Virus record (IMG/VR): IMGVR_UViG_2724679206_000002
Location: 1 to 64,000 of that record
Source of the DNA: a virus
Lineage: Duplodnaviria; Caudoviricetes
Direction: 5' to 3' (one strand)
DNA length: 64,000 nucleotides
Position numbers and translations under genes: made by a program. The notes beneath the pieces are model-generated. The model was not told the origin of the DNA. It did no database searches and saw nothing but the letters and a program-made list of their open reading frames with translations. This document shows positions 51,138 through 61,108 of this stretch, piece after piece (the stretch's first letter is position 1; every line of letters begins with the position of its first letter).

Positions 51138-51655
51138 TGCTGATCGGGTTTAAGCGAGCCAAAATTCTAAGCTACAGCGCAAAGAACAGAACTGCCAAAA
51201 TTCATATTCACGGTATGACTGATGGGGCCAGCGAAGGTTTAACGGCCACTTTTGCTTATCCGGTCGGGGACAGTGATAAGGATACTGAACGGGAAATTCT
51301 AACGGGAGAAGACGTTTATGTATTCTTTGAAAATGGTGAGGAATCTAGGCCTGTTATTGCGTTTTTCAGCAGCCATGGTGAAGAGCCCGTTGTTGATATA
51401 CGCCGTATCCGGCAAGAGAACATTGAATTGCTGGCTAAAAGCCAAGTGTATATAGAAGCGCCAGAAGTCCGCATTAAAGCAAAACTGATCTTGGAAGGTG
51501 ATTTTGAGCACCAAGGAAATCAAAAAACAGAAGGCATGATCACGGCCACAGTCGATGTTGTTGCTGCAAATGTATCCGTTAAATCTCATCCTCATAGCAA
51601 TGTCCGTGCAGGAACAGACGATAGTGGGCCTCCTAAACCAGCTGGAACTGCCTAA
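51137..51655 (+). CDS. Baseplate central spike (gpV-like)
   Basis: OB-fold GEDVYVFFENG..RPVI, beta-helix, C-terminal HPH metal motif. Confidence 0.8.
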   Translation: MLIGFKRAKILSYSAKNRTAKIHIHGMTDGASEGLTATFAYPVGDSDKDTEREILTGEDVYVFFENGEESRPVIAFFSSHGEEPVVDIRRIRQENIELLAKSQVYIEAPEVRIKAKLILEGDFEHQGNQKTEGMITATVDVVAANVSVKSHPHSNVRAGTDDSGPPKPAGTA

Positions 51656-51712
51656 GCGTATTGAACATAACGTATTTCATAATGATTTTAATTTTAGAAT
51701 CATGGCTTCGGT
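51642..51712 (+). promoter_or_regulatory. Late promoter motif plus hairpin (portal)
   Basis: CTGGAAC-N29-CATAAT; ATGATTTTA/TAGAATCAT. Confidence 0.75.
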
Positions 51713-53248
51713 ATGGCTGCTTCAGACATCCTTTCGTTATTGCTTGGTCCTAGCGCCAATAGTGTTCCTCTGCAGCTGGCGAATGACAATCAGGAAACTA
51801 TGGTGCAAATGTTTGACTCATTTGCACCATTTTCGCTTGGTACAAATTCAACTGTAGAAAACCGTAAGCGAACCCGCAAAGAAATATATACAAAATGGGA
51901 GCAGATGCTCCGTTTCGCGCCTGTTGCAGAGGGAATTGGCATTCATGTCACTGCAGCTTTAGGCGGTGATACCCATAATGGTCAGCAAATTTTTATAACA
52001 CCGGCTGAGCGCTTGCGGGGTGAAACCGGTGCTGCTGCTAAAGAGCAGCTGGAACGGTTGCAAAAGCGTATCAAGCCCATGGAAACCTTGATTAATAAAT
52101 ACATCACTAAGATTTGCTCTGACGGCATTTCATTTGGCGATGCTTATGCACGGATCTATGGGAAGAAAAGTAAAGGCGTTACAGATATGCTCTGTAATGA
52201 GTTCACTCATCCGCCCTTATTGCAGTCCTTTGAGCAAGGCAGCAAAACCGTCGCTTTTTTTGCCTTAAATCCAAAAAACTGGGTCAAAACCATTACTAAA
52301 ATGAGTTCTACACAAATGGTCCGGCTAAAGATGCCCCGTATTGTGAATGTGCCTCAATTTGATTTAGTTGAAACTGGGTTGATCGTACAGATGCTCGAAA
52401 GAGATGAACCCGATGAATTACCGATCCTGCCTGCTATGGTTGGCGGTTCATTCCTGTTTGCAATTGAGAAAGCATATGATGACGTCATGCTGTCTTTAAC
52501 AACAATGAATAGCCAGCAGGTTGCAGATGCAGTCAACCAGATGTTTTTATCCCTTAATATGGCAGGCATGCCAGAAGCGCAGCGCGAAGCATACAAGCGC
52601 GGTTTAGAAGGTATGCTGCAAGATCATGAGAAATTCGTAAAAAATGCGATGTCTGGTGGAGAAGGTATTTGGAATACCAAATATCATGTATTGCCGACCT
52701 GGGACGAAAAACAGATCTTAAACCCAGTCGGTGACATTAAAGGCCAGCGCAATTCACCGATTAATATTGAAACATTCATGATCAATGTACGCCTGCTGAT
52801 GGGCGGCTTTGGACTTGATCCATCGATGGTTGGTTGGGCGGATATGCTGGCGGGCGGTTTAGGAGATGGAGCCGCGACATTAACATATTCCAGCCAGGTG
52901 ATGCGGCGCTCTATGTGGATTCGGCAGTCAGCAACACAATTCGTGAATGACATTATGCATCTTGATTGGGGCTATGCATACAATGAACAGTTTGATCAGC
53001 TGGATTTCCCATGGCAGGTTGAATTCTCAAGTAGCCAATCTGCTGCCGTGACTGAAGAAAATACAAATAAGCAAACGCAAATGAATACTTCACTGCTGAA
53101 GATTCAAGTCATTAACTCATTGAAAGAATCCAATCTCAGTGAAGAGACCATGCAGTACATATTAGAAAAAGATGCTGGCTTCAATTATGACGATGCCAAT
53201 CGTGTGGCTAAAGATATTGCAGCTTCAAGACAAAATGAATCGGAGTAG
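51713..53248 (+). CDS. Portal protein
   Basis: 511 aa; FGDAY, GGSFL, FGLDPSMVG motifs typical of portals; N-terminal MFDS. Confidence 0.72.
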   Translation: MAASDILSLLLGPSANSVPLQLANDNQETMVQMFDSFAPFSLGTNSTVENRKRTRKEIYTKWEQMLRFAPVAEGIGIHVTAALGGDTHNGQQIFITPAERLRGETGAAAKEQLERLQKRIKPMETLINKYITKICSDGISFGDAYARIYGKKSKGVTDMLCNEFTHPPLLQSFEQGSKTVAFFALNPKNWVKTITKMSSTQMVRLKMPRIVNVPQFDLVETGLIVQMLERDEPDELPILPAMVGGSFLFAIEKAYDDVMLSLTTMNSQQVADAVNQMFLSLNMAGMPEAQREAYKRGLEGMLQDHEKFVKNAMSGGEGIWNTKYHVLPTWDEKQILNPVGDIKGQRNSPINIETFMINVRLLMGGFGLDPSMVGWADMLAGGLGDGAATLTYSSQVMRRSMWIRQSATQFVNDIMHLDWGYAYNEQFDQLDFPWQVEFSSSQSAAVTEENTNKQTQMNTSLLKIQVINSLKESNLSEETMQYILEKDAGFNYDDANRVAKDIAASRQNESE

Positions 53249-53251
53249 GCA

Positions 53252-53887
53252 ATGAGTATTTATGATGGGGGAACTTTGCCGCCGATTAGTGTAGAAGCAG
53301 CCTCTAATGCCTTACAAGGCATGTGGTCTGGCATGCCGATCAGTAAGGCAAAGGCTATTTATGACGGGATCTATAAATTAGGAACAATCTCAAACATTCA
53401 TTTTGGGGTAGAGCTTAAGCCCTTTGATCCAAACAGTGCGATTGCACAACAGGATATTCCCATTTTTGATGAACAGGTGCGGCTGCCTTGGTTATGCCAG
53501 AGTATCGATTTGTCAGTGCTGGATGCGCAGACAGACAGCGCGCAGGTGGGGGCTTTTCAGCTGAATTTTTTAACGGGCAACAATTCAGGTGAAATTTCAA
53601 TTCCATTTATTGAGACAAAAAATGCTGACATTTTAAATAGTGCAGGCTTTATCAAAGATATTATGTTTCCAGATGGGGCGGCTGGCGGTACTCAGGCACT
53701 GCCGATCGATTATCTGATGAAAATGACCATTTATATTTACGATAGGCACAGTTATTCAACACGGGTTTTTGAAGTTCAGCACATGGTCGCGCTGCAGACT
53801 GGCAGCATTCCGCTGGATGCTTCTAACCGTGGCGGGGTGGGTATAGTGACGCTGAATTTTATTAAGATGTTTCCCATGTTGAAGTGA
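53252..53887 (+). CDS. Tube-fold baseplate/tail initiator-like protein
   Basis: Beta-rich, ISIPFIET motif. Confidence 0.45.
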   Translation: MSIYDGGTLPPISVEAASNALQGMWSGMPISKAKAIYDGIYKLGTISNIHFGVELKPFDPNSAIAQQDIPIFDEQVRLPWLCQSIDLSVLDAQTDSAQVGAFQLNFLTGNNSGEISIPFIETKNADILNSAGFIKDIMFPDGAAGGTQALPIDYLMKMTIYIYDRHSYSTRVFEVQHMVALQTGSIPLDASNRGGVGIVTLNFIKMFPMLK

Positions 53888-53962
53888 TTGGAACAGATAA
53901 ACAGTGCGAAGTTTTTGAAGTGACAAAATTGCCTCAAGTATAAAAAGTTGAGGCATATTTAA
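53888..53962 (+). promoter_or_regulatory. Late promoter motif plus hairpin (DarA-like)
   Basis: TTGGAAC-N29-CAAAAT; TGCCTCAA/TTGAGGCA covering the GAGG RBS. Confidence 0.8.
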
Positions 53963-55579
53963 ATGCGTAATATTGATATTTTCAAACAGCACTGGGCGCC
54001 GCATCAGTCCCGCATCGTTGCCGGCTTTGACTCAGCTGTAAACAGCGGAACATGCTTAATTGGCGTTATTCAAGGCAAGTATCGGACGCTGAATGCGATT
54101 GTGACTGAGACTGCGACAGAAGATGATCAGTGGCGTATCGTGAATTTGAAGGGCCATAAAGATAGTATTCCAGCTTTTGATTCAATTGCCGTATTGGGCG
54201 CCGTAGACGATACGCAGGCTTCGGCACTTGCAGGACTGCAGTTCGGCCGCATGTTTGATTCTGCCGTAGACTCAGTAATTGAAACCAATCCGCAGGGGCT
54301 GATGCGCCATTTGGCGGCGCCGTATTACCACAAAACCCCAAATATCATCCCGGAATGGCAGCTGGCCCAGCTTCAGGATGTCACATGCGCCACTGTGCCC
54401 GGCTGGGACGGAATCAGTCTGACGTCCCATGACGGACAGACCGCCAATTTAATGCTGGATCTGCAGCGGCATGATGACCATGGCGGTCTGCTGCAGGAAT
54501 TTGACGGACTGGCGCCGCTGCTTGAGTCTATCGGCGCTGTGTATGCGGACTTTGATTCAATCATTGTTGAATATCAGTATTTGGAAAAGCTGATGGCCAT
54601 GCTTCACAAAGTGATGCAAAGCACTTCAAAAGGTGGGGTAAAAATTCTGAATGTTGAACAAAGTGAAAAGCCGTTTAAGCATAAAAAAGTATTGAATATT
54701 GCTGTTACTTATAATTTTGAAGATGGTCAAAGCATTACAATCCTGTTTCATCATCCAGACCGTGAAGCTAAAAAAATTACGCCGCAGGATATGCTGATTT
54801 CATGGAAGATCCTCATGAATAGCCGTGATATTACAGGCGCTATTCAGCCGAATCAGGGTGAAGGAATTGAGATGCCGGTACTGGCAGGCCGGATCATGAA
54901 ACTGGTCAATCAGAACAGCGCCCGCTTTAAGCGCACTCAGGCTAAAAAGGCAGAAAATGTTCAGGCCTTAGCCGATGCAGAACAACGTTTGTTTGATAAA
55001 CAGGGGATAAAAGCTGCGCTTGAGGCCGAAATTCAGGGTTTGCTGAATCAGCTGGATCAACAACAGGCACAGCAATTAGCCCAACAAACATCACAAAATG
55101 AGGATATTCCTGCTGAACCTGCTAAGGCATATCCGCCAATAGAAGATTTAGGCGACGGTTATTACCAGGCATTTAAAAATGATAAGAAAGTAGATTCTTG
55201 GACGGCACATTTGAATACAAACGGTAAATGGGAAGTATCAGCAAACAACGCTCAAACACGTGCATGGAACCGTGGATTTGGAGCGCCACGATTCTTTAAT
55301 ACTATTGATGAGATGATTGCAAAGTATCCTGCATTTGGTGAACTGGCAGAGTTGTTGGAGACATCGAATGCATCCAGCGGCAACAAAGGTGATTCTGATG
55401 ATGCTGATTATTTGAATCAAGTCATTAAGGGTGAAGTGGATTTTTCGAAGTCAAATGAAGTTGAAACGAAGCTTGAAGACATTGGCAGCCGGCTTACTGC
55501 AGAAATTAATGACTTATTTGAGCAGGCCGTTACTTCCTATTCAGTTTATCAAGTCGGCCAAGCCTCACAAATTCATTGA
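53963..55579 (+). CDS. DarA-like (defence against restriction) internal head protein
   Basis: FEDGQSITILFH.PD...WKILMNSRDIT...KLVNQNSARF DarA N-terminal pattern; coiled coil; four FDS motifs. Confidence 0.72.
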   Translation: MRNIDIFKQHWAPHQSRIVAGFDSAVNSGTCLIGVIQGKYRTLNAIVTETATEDDQWRIVNLKGHKDSIPAFDSIAVLGAVDDTQASALAGLQFGRMFDSAVDSVIETNPQGLMRHLAAPYYHKTPNIIPEWQLAQLQDVTCATVPGWDGISLTSHDGQTANLMLDLQRHDDHGGLLQEFDGLAPLLESIGAVYADFDSIIVEYQYLEKLMAMLHKVMQSTSKGGVKILNVEQSEKPFKHKKVLNIAVTYNFEDGQSITILFHHPDREAKKITPQDMLISWKILMNSRDITGAIQPNQGEGIEMPVLAGRIMKLVNQNSARFKRTQAKKAENVQALADAEQRLFDKQGIKAALEAEIQGLLNQLDQQQAQQLAQQTSQNEDIPAEPAKAYPPIEDLGDGYYQAFKNDKKVDSWTAHLNTNGKWEVSANNAQTRAWNRGFGAPRFFNTIDEMIAKYPAFGELAELLETSNASSGNKGDSDDADYLNQVIKGEVDFSKSNEVETKLEDIGSRLTAEINDLFEQAVTSYSVYQVGQASQIH

Positions 55580-55594
55580 TAGGAAATTTATGTA

Positions 55595-55909
55595 ATGAAT
55601 GCATTAGAAAGATTGAAACTCACCAAAGAGCTGCGTCAGCTGGTAGATACAATTCCTGATATGAAGGGCATGGATAAGTTGCAAAGTACAAAACGTTTGC
55701 GCGAATTGATTGAGATTTTAGGCGGTCAGGCAACGTCTGAAGTAAATAAACTGTATCAGTCAATTATTGATGGAAGAGAGGAAGCATCAGTTGAATTGCT
55801 GCTGCAGGTACGTGCAGAGGCAGAAAAAAACCTGCAAGATCCTTTGCTGATTGACGCTGTAAATGTATTGATTGCGCAAATCAATGAATTGGCTGGAACA
55901 GCTGAATAA
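55595..55909 (+). CDS. Small helical Dar-associated protein
   Basis: ALERLKLTKEL...DKL...RLREL...LGG; LYQSIIDG echoes the DarA C-terminal YLNQVIKG. Confidence 0.55.
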   Translation: MNALERLKLTKELRQLVDTIPDMKGMDKLQSTKRLRELIEILGGQATSEVNKLYQSIIDGREEASVELLLQVRAEAEKNLQDPLLIDAVNVLIAQINELAGTAE

Positions 55910-55967
55910 TCCGGCCTCATGCATCTTTCAAAATAGTCCTTAACAGGGCTATTTTTTTGAGTACGTA
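55893..55967 (+). promoter_or_regulatory. Late promoter motif plus hairpin (polyvalent protein)
   Basis: CTGGAAC-N29-CAAAAT; AAAATAGTCCT/AGGGCTATTTT plus T run. Confidence 0.8.
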
Positions 55968-58802
55968 ATGAGTGATTTTGCAAAAATTGACAACATTCAG
56001 GATGAATCTGAAGTTTTAACAACAATCGATAAATTAATCTCAAAAGTTGAGAATAATGAGATTGTTGAATGGGACAGTGAGCAGGCAGAAAAACTGTACC
56101 GCGAATATCTGGCAAATCTTGATAAGTATGATGGCAAGTCTATTGCTGCATCAAAGGCCTATTTTAATGATCACCTAAATGGCAAGCTGGTGCACACCAA
56201 AATTGGTTTAGTCCGTATTAATTCAAAATCAAGAGGTAAGGTTCATGACCGGATGCGGGATGTTAAATATTTGGCTATCCCATATATTCCTGAAGTTTTA
56301 ATGACGGGTGAAATTAGTGATTTAGTGCCATTAAATAAAGACCGTACTGATAGCGTAGAAGGGTATTATATTTTTGAAAAGTCAAAGCAGCTGAATGACT
56401 TCACGCTAAATATAACTTTGAAAGTGGCATTAGATTCTGAAGGGCATTTATTATATTACTTAGGCGCATCAAAAGAAAAAAGCCAACTTACACCTATCTC
56501 ACAGGTCGTTAACCCCATAGGCTTGGAAGCTGGCTTTGACTCTATTGAATCACGGTATGAAGACGAAATCAATATTGATGTACAAGTTTTAGACAAAGAT
56601 GGCAATGTGCTATCTCAAGCGGACGCCTTGAAAGCATTATTAAAAAAATACGGTATTAATAATATTGTAAAAGGCCGCAACAATAAGGTTAAGACAGCCA
56701 AAGGAACACAGGTTTCAACCGTATTTGCATTACTTGAGACTAAAGACGTCATCGCTTCGCATACAGCCGCCGGCGCTGAAAATACTGAATACCCTCAGGA
56801 ACTGCAGCCGCGTGACCGCAGCCGCGAATCCTCACAGGCTTGGGTTCAAAAAACGTCAAATGGATTAGATACTGAAAGTCTTGGGCGATCTGGCCGAGCC
56901 GATACTGGCGCCCCAATTGTAGGGGATGATTTGGTCGTTGAATCGGGCAATGGCCGCACCATGGCTATTAAGCTGGCTTATGAACGCGGGCAGGCTGAAG
57001 AATACCGGCAATGGCTGATTGAAGAAGCCGAATATTTTGGATTTTCATCAGATCAGGTTGAGAATTTTACTGCTCCTATTTTGGTACGCATTCGCACTTC
57101 AGTTGTGGACCGAGTTCAGTTCACGATAGAGGCCAATCAGGACGATAAGCTGTCATTCAGCGCCACTGAGCGCGCGAAATCAGATGCCAAGCGGCTGGAC
57201 GAAAACCTGCTGGCCTTATTTACTCCAGGCGATGACGGCGACCTGCTGACGGCCGGCAATCAGAAGTTCATTCATGGCTTCCTGAAATCCATAGGCGATA
57301 CGGAAGCGGCTCAGTACATCACCACCGAAGGCAAGCCGACTCAGGCGCTTGTTGCCCGGATCAAGGCTGCTATTTTCAGTAAAGCCTATAACGATGACCG
57401 GTTGCTGGAAATGATGGCTGATCAAACAAAACCAGATCTACAGAATATGTTGAATGCCTTAGGCGCCGCAGCGCCCAAGTTTATAGAGGCGCAAGCGGTA
57501 AGCCGTGGTGATATTCAGGATGTATCCAGCTCAATTGTAGATGGGATCGAGCAGGCGCTGGACAAGCGCGTTACCAATGCCATTATTGATGCTGCCAATA
57601 CTATCGTTGCTGCAAAGCGGAATGACCAAGACATTGCAGAGTTTGTTCAGCAGCAGGGCTTATTTGGTGACTTGGGGGAGGGTGTGCCAGAGCTGGCAGT
57701 ATTCCTGTCAAAGAACAGCCGCAGCGCCAAAAAGATGAGCATGCTGTTTAAGGCAATGGCGGAATTTGCGGAAAAGCAGGCAATTGATCAGCTGAATATG
57801 GGGCTGTTTGGAGAGCCGGAACCAGTCAGCATTAAAGACGCGATCAGCTATGCCGCAGCAGTCATCAATGATAATTACGGGGACAATGCGACTATCAGCA
57901 TGTTTGACTCAGCGAATGAGGAATTCACGCTGTTTGATCAGCATGCCCATCAGGCAGCAACTTCTCCCTACAGCCGCGCCACGCTGCCGGAACAGGCGAA
58001 CTTGATTGCCGGCAAGTACCTTAAAGGCGCCGTAAAGATTGGTGAGCTGAATATCGCAATTAAAAATCCGGCAGACTCCGTCCGCGCTGGCACAGATCCC
58101 AGCGGAAAAAAATGGGAAGTCAAAATGCAGCATCACTATGGCTACATTGAAAATACAACGGGCGCGGATGGCGATGAAATCGATGTGTTTGTTAAAAACC
58201 ACTTGGATTCAGTACCGGAGCAAGCCTATATCATCCGGCAGCTGAATGCCGCCGGCGCCTTTGATGAGCATAAAATCATTATCGGCGCTGAATCTGAGAA
58301 TGAGGCTAAACAGATCTATCATTCAAATTTTGAACCGGGCTGGCAAGGCTTCGGGAGCATTCAGCGGATTGCAATGGCTGATCTGCCGCAGAAGCTTCAG
58401 CACACCTGGTCTGAGTTTGATTCATGGGCAGCAGACGGCAGCTATGAGCATATTCCATTAAAGCAAATTGTCACAGACAAGGCGCTTAAAGTGGACGAAA
58501 GCAAAATCAACAAAGAAGATCCGGTGCTGGTGATTGAAAAAGGGCATAAGTATTATCTTGTTGTCGGGCTGGAGCGGCTAAAGCTGGCCGCCCAGCGACA
58601 TGAAAGCCTGGTACCGGCGATCATTTTTGATGACAGGGATGTGAAGAGCAAAATCATTCAGAATGCCTTGAGAAAGGCCGGCAGCACAGTGGATACGGTT
58701 GCCCTTGCAGCCTTGATTGTTGATGAGATGGAGAAAATTTTAATTTCCAGTTTTGATTCGGCAGCCAATTCATTGTTTGAAATCCTTTACCAGTCCAGCT
58801 GA
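55968..58802 (+). CDS. Polyvalent DdrB-like protein: LPD-type domain, DdrB-ParB, inorganic-pyrophosphatase-like and degenerate ParB domains
   Basis: YPQELQPRDR, GAPIV...VESGNGR; HYGYI..T.GADGDEIDVF, FDEHK; PVLV...YYLVVGLER. Confidence 0.75.
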   Translation: MSDFAKIDNIQDESEVLTTIDKLISKVENNEIVEWDSEQAEKLYREYLANLDKYDGKSIAASKAYFNDHLNGKLVHTKIGLVRINSKSRGKVHDRMRDVKYLAIPYIPEVLMTGEISDLVPLNKDRTDSVEGYYIFEKSKQLNDFTLNITLKVALDSEGHLLYYLGASKEKSQLTPISQVVNPIGLEAGFDSIESRYEDEINIDVQVLDKDGNVLSQADALKALLKKYGINNIVKGRNNKVKTAKGTQVSTVFALLETKDVIASHTAAGAENTEYPQELQPRDRSRESSQAWVQKTSNGLDTESLGRSGRADTGAPIVGDDLVVESGNGRTMAIKLAYERGQAEEYRQWLIEEAEYFGFSSDQVENFTAPILVRIRTSVVDRVQFTIEANQDDKLSFSATERAKSDAKRLDENLLALFTPGDDGDLLTAGNQKFIHGFLKSIGDTEAAQYITTEGKPTQALVARIKAAIFSKAYNDDRLLEMMADQTKPDLQNMLNALGAAAPKFIEAQAVSRGDIQDVSSSIVDGIEQALDKRVTNAIIDAANTIVAAKRNDQDIAEFVQQQGLFGDLGEGVPELAVFLSKNSRSAKKMSMLFKAMAEFAEKQAIDQLNMGLFGEPEPVSIKDAISYAAAVINDNYGDNATISMFDSANEEFTLFDQHAHQAATSPYSRATLPEQANLIAGKYLKGAVKIGELNIAIKNPADSVRAGTDPSGKKWEVKMQHHYGYIENTTGADGDEIDVFVKNHLDSVPEQAYIIRQLNAAGAFDEHKIIIGAESENEAKQIYHSNFEPGWQGFGSIQRIAMADLPQKLQHTWSEFDSWAADGSYEHIPLKQIVTDKALKVDESKINKEDPVLVIEKGHKYYLVVGLERLKLAAQRHESLVPAIIFDDRDVKSKIIQNALRKAGSTVDTVALAALIVDEMEKILISSFDSAANSLFEILYQSS

Positions 58803-58870
58803 TTGGAACTGCAGAGGCTAGCTTTAGCCCAGCCTTGAGAAAATAGCCCTGTTCAAATCAGGGCTATTTT
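58803..58870 (+). promoter_or_regulatory. Late promoter motif plus perfect 12-bp hairpin
   Basis: TTGGAAC-N29-GAAAAT; AAAATAGCCCTG-TTCAAAT-CAGGGCTATTTT directly before the ATG. Confidence 0.82.
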
Positions 58871-59698
58871 ATGGGTAATGATCTTTCAAAAGTGCCAGCC
58901 GCTAATGCTCACTCGGTGAAACAGCCTGAGCGTATGAATGCAGATCCTTTTTGGGGAAAAGTCTCAAAACATAAATTTGCTGAATTCAATCTTTGCAGTG
59001 TTTCACGTGATGAGAATAATAATGAAGTCATTACTGTAGATACCAGCCAGCCTACAGTGCGTGCTTTTCTGGTCGATGGTGACAAGACCATGGAAAGCCA
59101 ATGGCAAACGCCCTTTGAAAATAGTAATCCTGAGCTGAAAATGCCGATGTTGATGGCGGGTTTGCAGACTGGGCAGACAATAACGTCCATGGGCGCTGCA
59201 GCAGACAGTATTCTGGGAGATACAGTTTCAGCTGCAGCAAAAACCGCGATGAAGCCTATGGCTGACTTTATAAAGTCAGTTCAAGGGCATACCAATCTGA
59301 ATAAAGTCAACACAACTCAGGTTTTCCTTTCGACCGCTTCAGTCCGTCTTAACCTCAGTCTTTTTTTTATTGCTTTTAGAAATGCAAAAATTGAAGTTGA
59401 GGAGAAAATAATGAAGCTGGAATCATGGTCCGTGCCAGTGCATTTGTCGCAGGGGACTGTACTTACAGATGTTGTTGAACAAGGGGCAGCGGGCCTATTT
59501 TCGGGTGTCATTCCGCCGTATATCTCTCTTACGACACACGGTAAAACCTATTGGCCGTTTATTTTAGAAAGCGTTTCTGCCCCGATTGTGACGCCGATTG
59601 ATGAAGACGGAAACCGTTTAAACCTCGCAATAAACATCAGCATTGTGAGCCGTACAGCATGGGATGCAGACGATGTTCGTAAACTTTATGGGAATTAA
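58871..59698 (+). CDS. Putative baseplate/tail-tube initiator protein
   Basis: WQTPFE, ILESVSAP..TP.D..G patterns; late promoter. Confidence 0.5.
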   Translation: MGNDLSKVPAANAHSVKQPERMNADPFWGKVSKHKFAEFNLCSVSRDENNNEVITVDTSQPTVRAFLVDGDKTMESQWQTPFENSNPELKMPMLMAGLQTGQTITSMGAAADSILGDTVSAAAKTAMKPMADFIKSVQGHTNLNKVNTTQVFLSTASVRLNLSLFFIAFRNAKIEVEEKIMKLESWSVPVHLSQGTVLTDVVEQGAAGLFSGVIPPYISLTTHGKTYWPFILESVSAPIVTPIDEDGNRLNLAINISIVSRTAWDADDVRKLYGN

Positions 59699-59703
59699 CA
59701 GAA

Positions 59704-60402
59704 ATGCTGACTTTTGATCCAGTTCAAATAGGAAATAATGTCTATCAACTTCATGAAATTGAATTCAATAACGCATTGAAGGTCGCGGCCATTGATCAGA
59801 GGCTGAATGAAAAACGTATCAGTGAATTTTTGAGGCATATACTGGATAAAGATCAGCCCTTAGAGCTGACAGCCCAAGAGCGTTATTGCTTGATGCTGAA
59901 ATATATGGAAAAGCAGTCTATCACGCTCTTTTCAACGGATACGGATTTTTCAAAATGTTATTTGGCCAGTGAAAAACCATGGCTAAATGAAATTACACAT
60001 AATGGAATTACAGTACGCCAGCTGATCGGTAGAGAAGTGGAGTATATGGAAGCTCACTGTGCGAATGCAGCTGAATGGATCGCATGCATGCTGGCATTCC
60101 AAATCAGTTACAGCGGGCATGAAGCTTTATCAGAGTTGCCGAACCGCAGTTTAAATGACACTGATTTTATTAATCAGTTTTCTGAACGTTTAGCATATTT
60201 AAAACGCCGCGCTCAAAGTGATTTTGATTTGATTTACCAAGATTTTAATGTGTTAAATAATCAGCTGTTCAGCAAAATTCATCTCAATGTCAGTAATCAA
60301 GGTCTTGTTATTTCAAGAGGTGCAGATGACGCTCCACTTCGATTTCGCCCCGCTGCCGCCTTTCTTGGAATCATCAAAGAACTGGATCAGTCACTTGTTT
60401 AG
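59704..60402 (+). CDS. Putative baseplate/tail assembly chaperone
   Basis: Late operon context; LTAQER motif. Confidence 0.5.
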   Translation: MLTFDPVQIGNNVYQLHEIEFNNALKVAAIDQRLNEKRISEFLRHILDKDQPLELTAQERYCLMLKYMEKQSITLFSTDTDFSKCYLASEKPWLNEITHNGITVRQLIGREVEYMEAHCANAAEWIACMLAFQISYSGHEALSELPNRSLNDTDFINQFSERLAYLKRRAQSDFDLIYQDFNVLNNQLFSKIHLNVSNQGLVISRGADDAPLRFRPAAAFLGIIKELDQSLV

Positions 60403-60613
60403 TACTGCGCATGATTTGGCCCAGCATTCAAAAATGTCATTGCATGAAGTACTCAATATGCCAGTCAGTTTTGAAGCATTTTATTATTCTTCAGAAGCTT
60501 GGGAGAAACGAAAATTGGAAATTGAAGCCGAGGTTAAGCAGAGCAATGCCCTTATTAAAATGGGCAATGAAATAATTAAAGCAATCAGCAGTTTAGGTGG
60601 AAAAAGGAAATGA
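60326..60613 (+). CDS. Small tail-assembly-associated protein overlapping the upstream gene
   Basis: AGAGG RBS before ATG 60326; SLHEVLNMP motif. Confidence 0.45.
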   Translation: MTLHFDFAPLPPFLESSKNWISHLFSTAHDLAQHSKMSLHEVLNMPVSFEAFYYSSEAWEKRKLEIEAEVKQSNALIKMGNEIIKAISSLGGKRK

Positions 60614-60655
60614 GTGCTGTAGAAAAACCCTAGATCTAAGTCTAGGGTTTTTTAT

Positions 60656-60727
60656 TTGGAACATGCTTTTTTACTGCTTAATCAGTCGAGCCAAAATACT
60701 TGTATAGAAAATTACAGGTATACAGCC
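60656..60727 (+). promoter_or_regulatory. Late promoter motif plus hairpin (lysis cassette)
   Basis: TTGGAAC-N29-CAAAAT after a terminator; ATACTTGTA/TACAGGTAT. Confidence 0.8.
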
Positions 60728-61108
60728 ATGCAGGAAAATACTTTCCCTTGGATCATTAAGATTATTCCAGCTGTTGTTGGGGCTTTACTCGCTTTGGTGT
60801 TGAGCGGCGACATTGATAAGACAGGGAAAATTCAAGTTTCAATGTCTGTCATTGGCAAGTTTGCGGCAAGTGTCACGGTGAGCTTATACGGTGGATCTGC
60901 CTTCATTGAATACTTTGGAATGCTTAAAGCATCAACGATGTATCAAGGTTTTGTGATGCTGATGTTTGCTGTTTTTGGCCTTCTTGCGATCGGGATTTTA
61001 TATCAGTCAATTGCTTTGCTGAAGGGAAAACCTTTACCAGAAGTTATTGCTGAAATTAAGTCTGCCTTTCTTGCTATTTGGAGCAGCGGAAAAGGGGGCA
61101 ATGACTAA
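60728..61108 (+). CDS. Holin
   Basis: Three hydrophobic helices, TAATG-coupled to lysozyme; start ATG 60728. Confidence 0.75.
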   Translation: MQENTFPWIIKIIPAVVGALLALVLSGDIDKTGKIQVSMSVIGKFAASVTVSLYGGSAFIEYFGMLKASTMYQGFVMLMFAVFGLLAIGILYQSIALLKGKPLPEVIAEIKSAFLAIWSSGKGGND

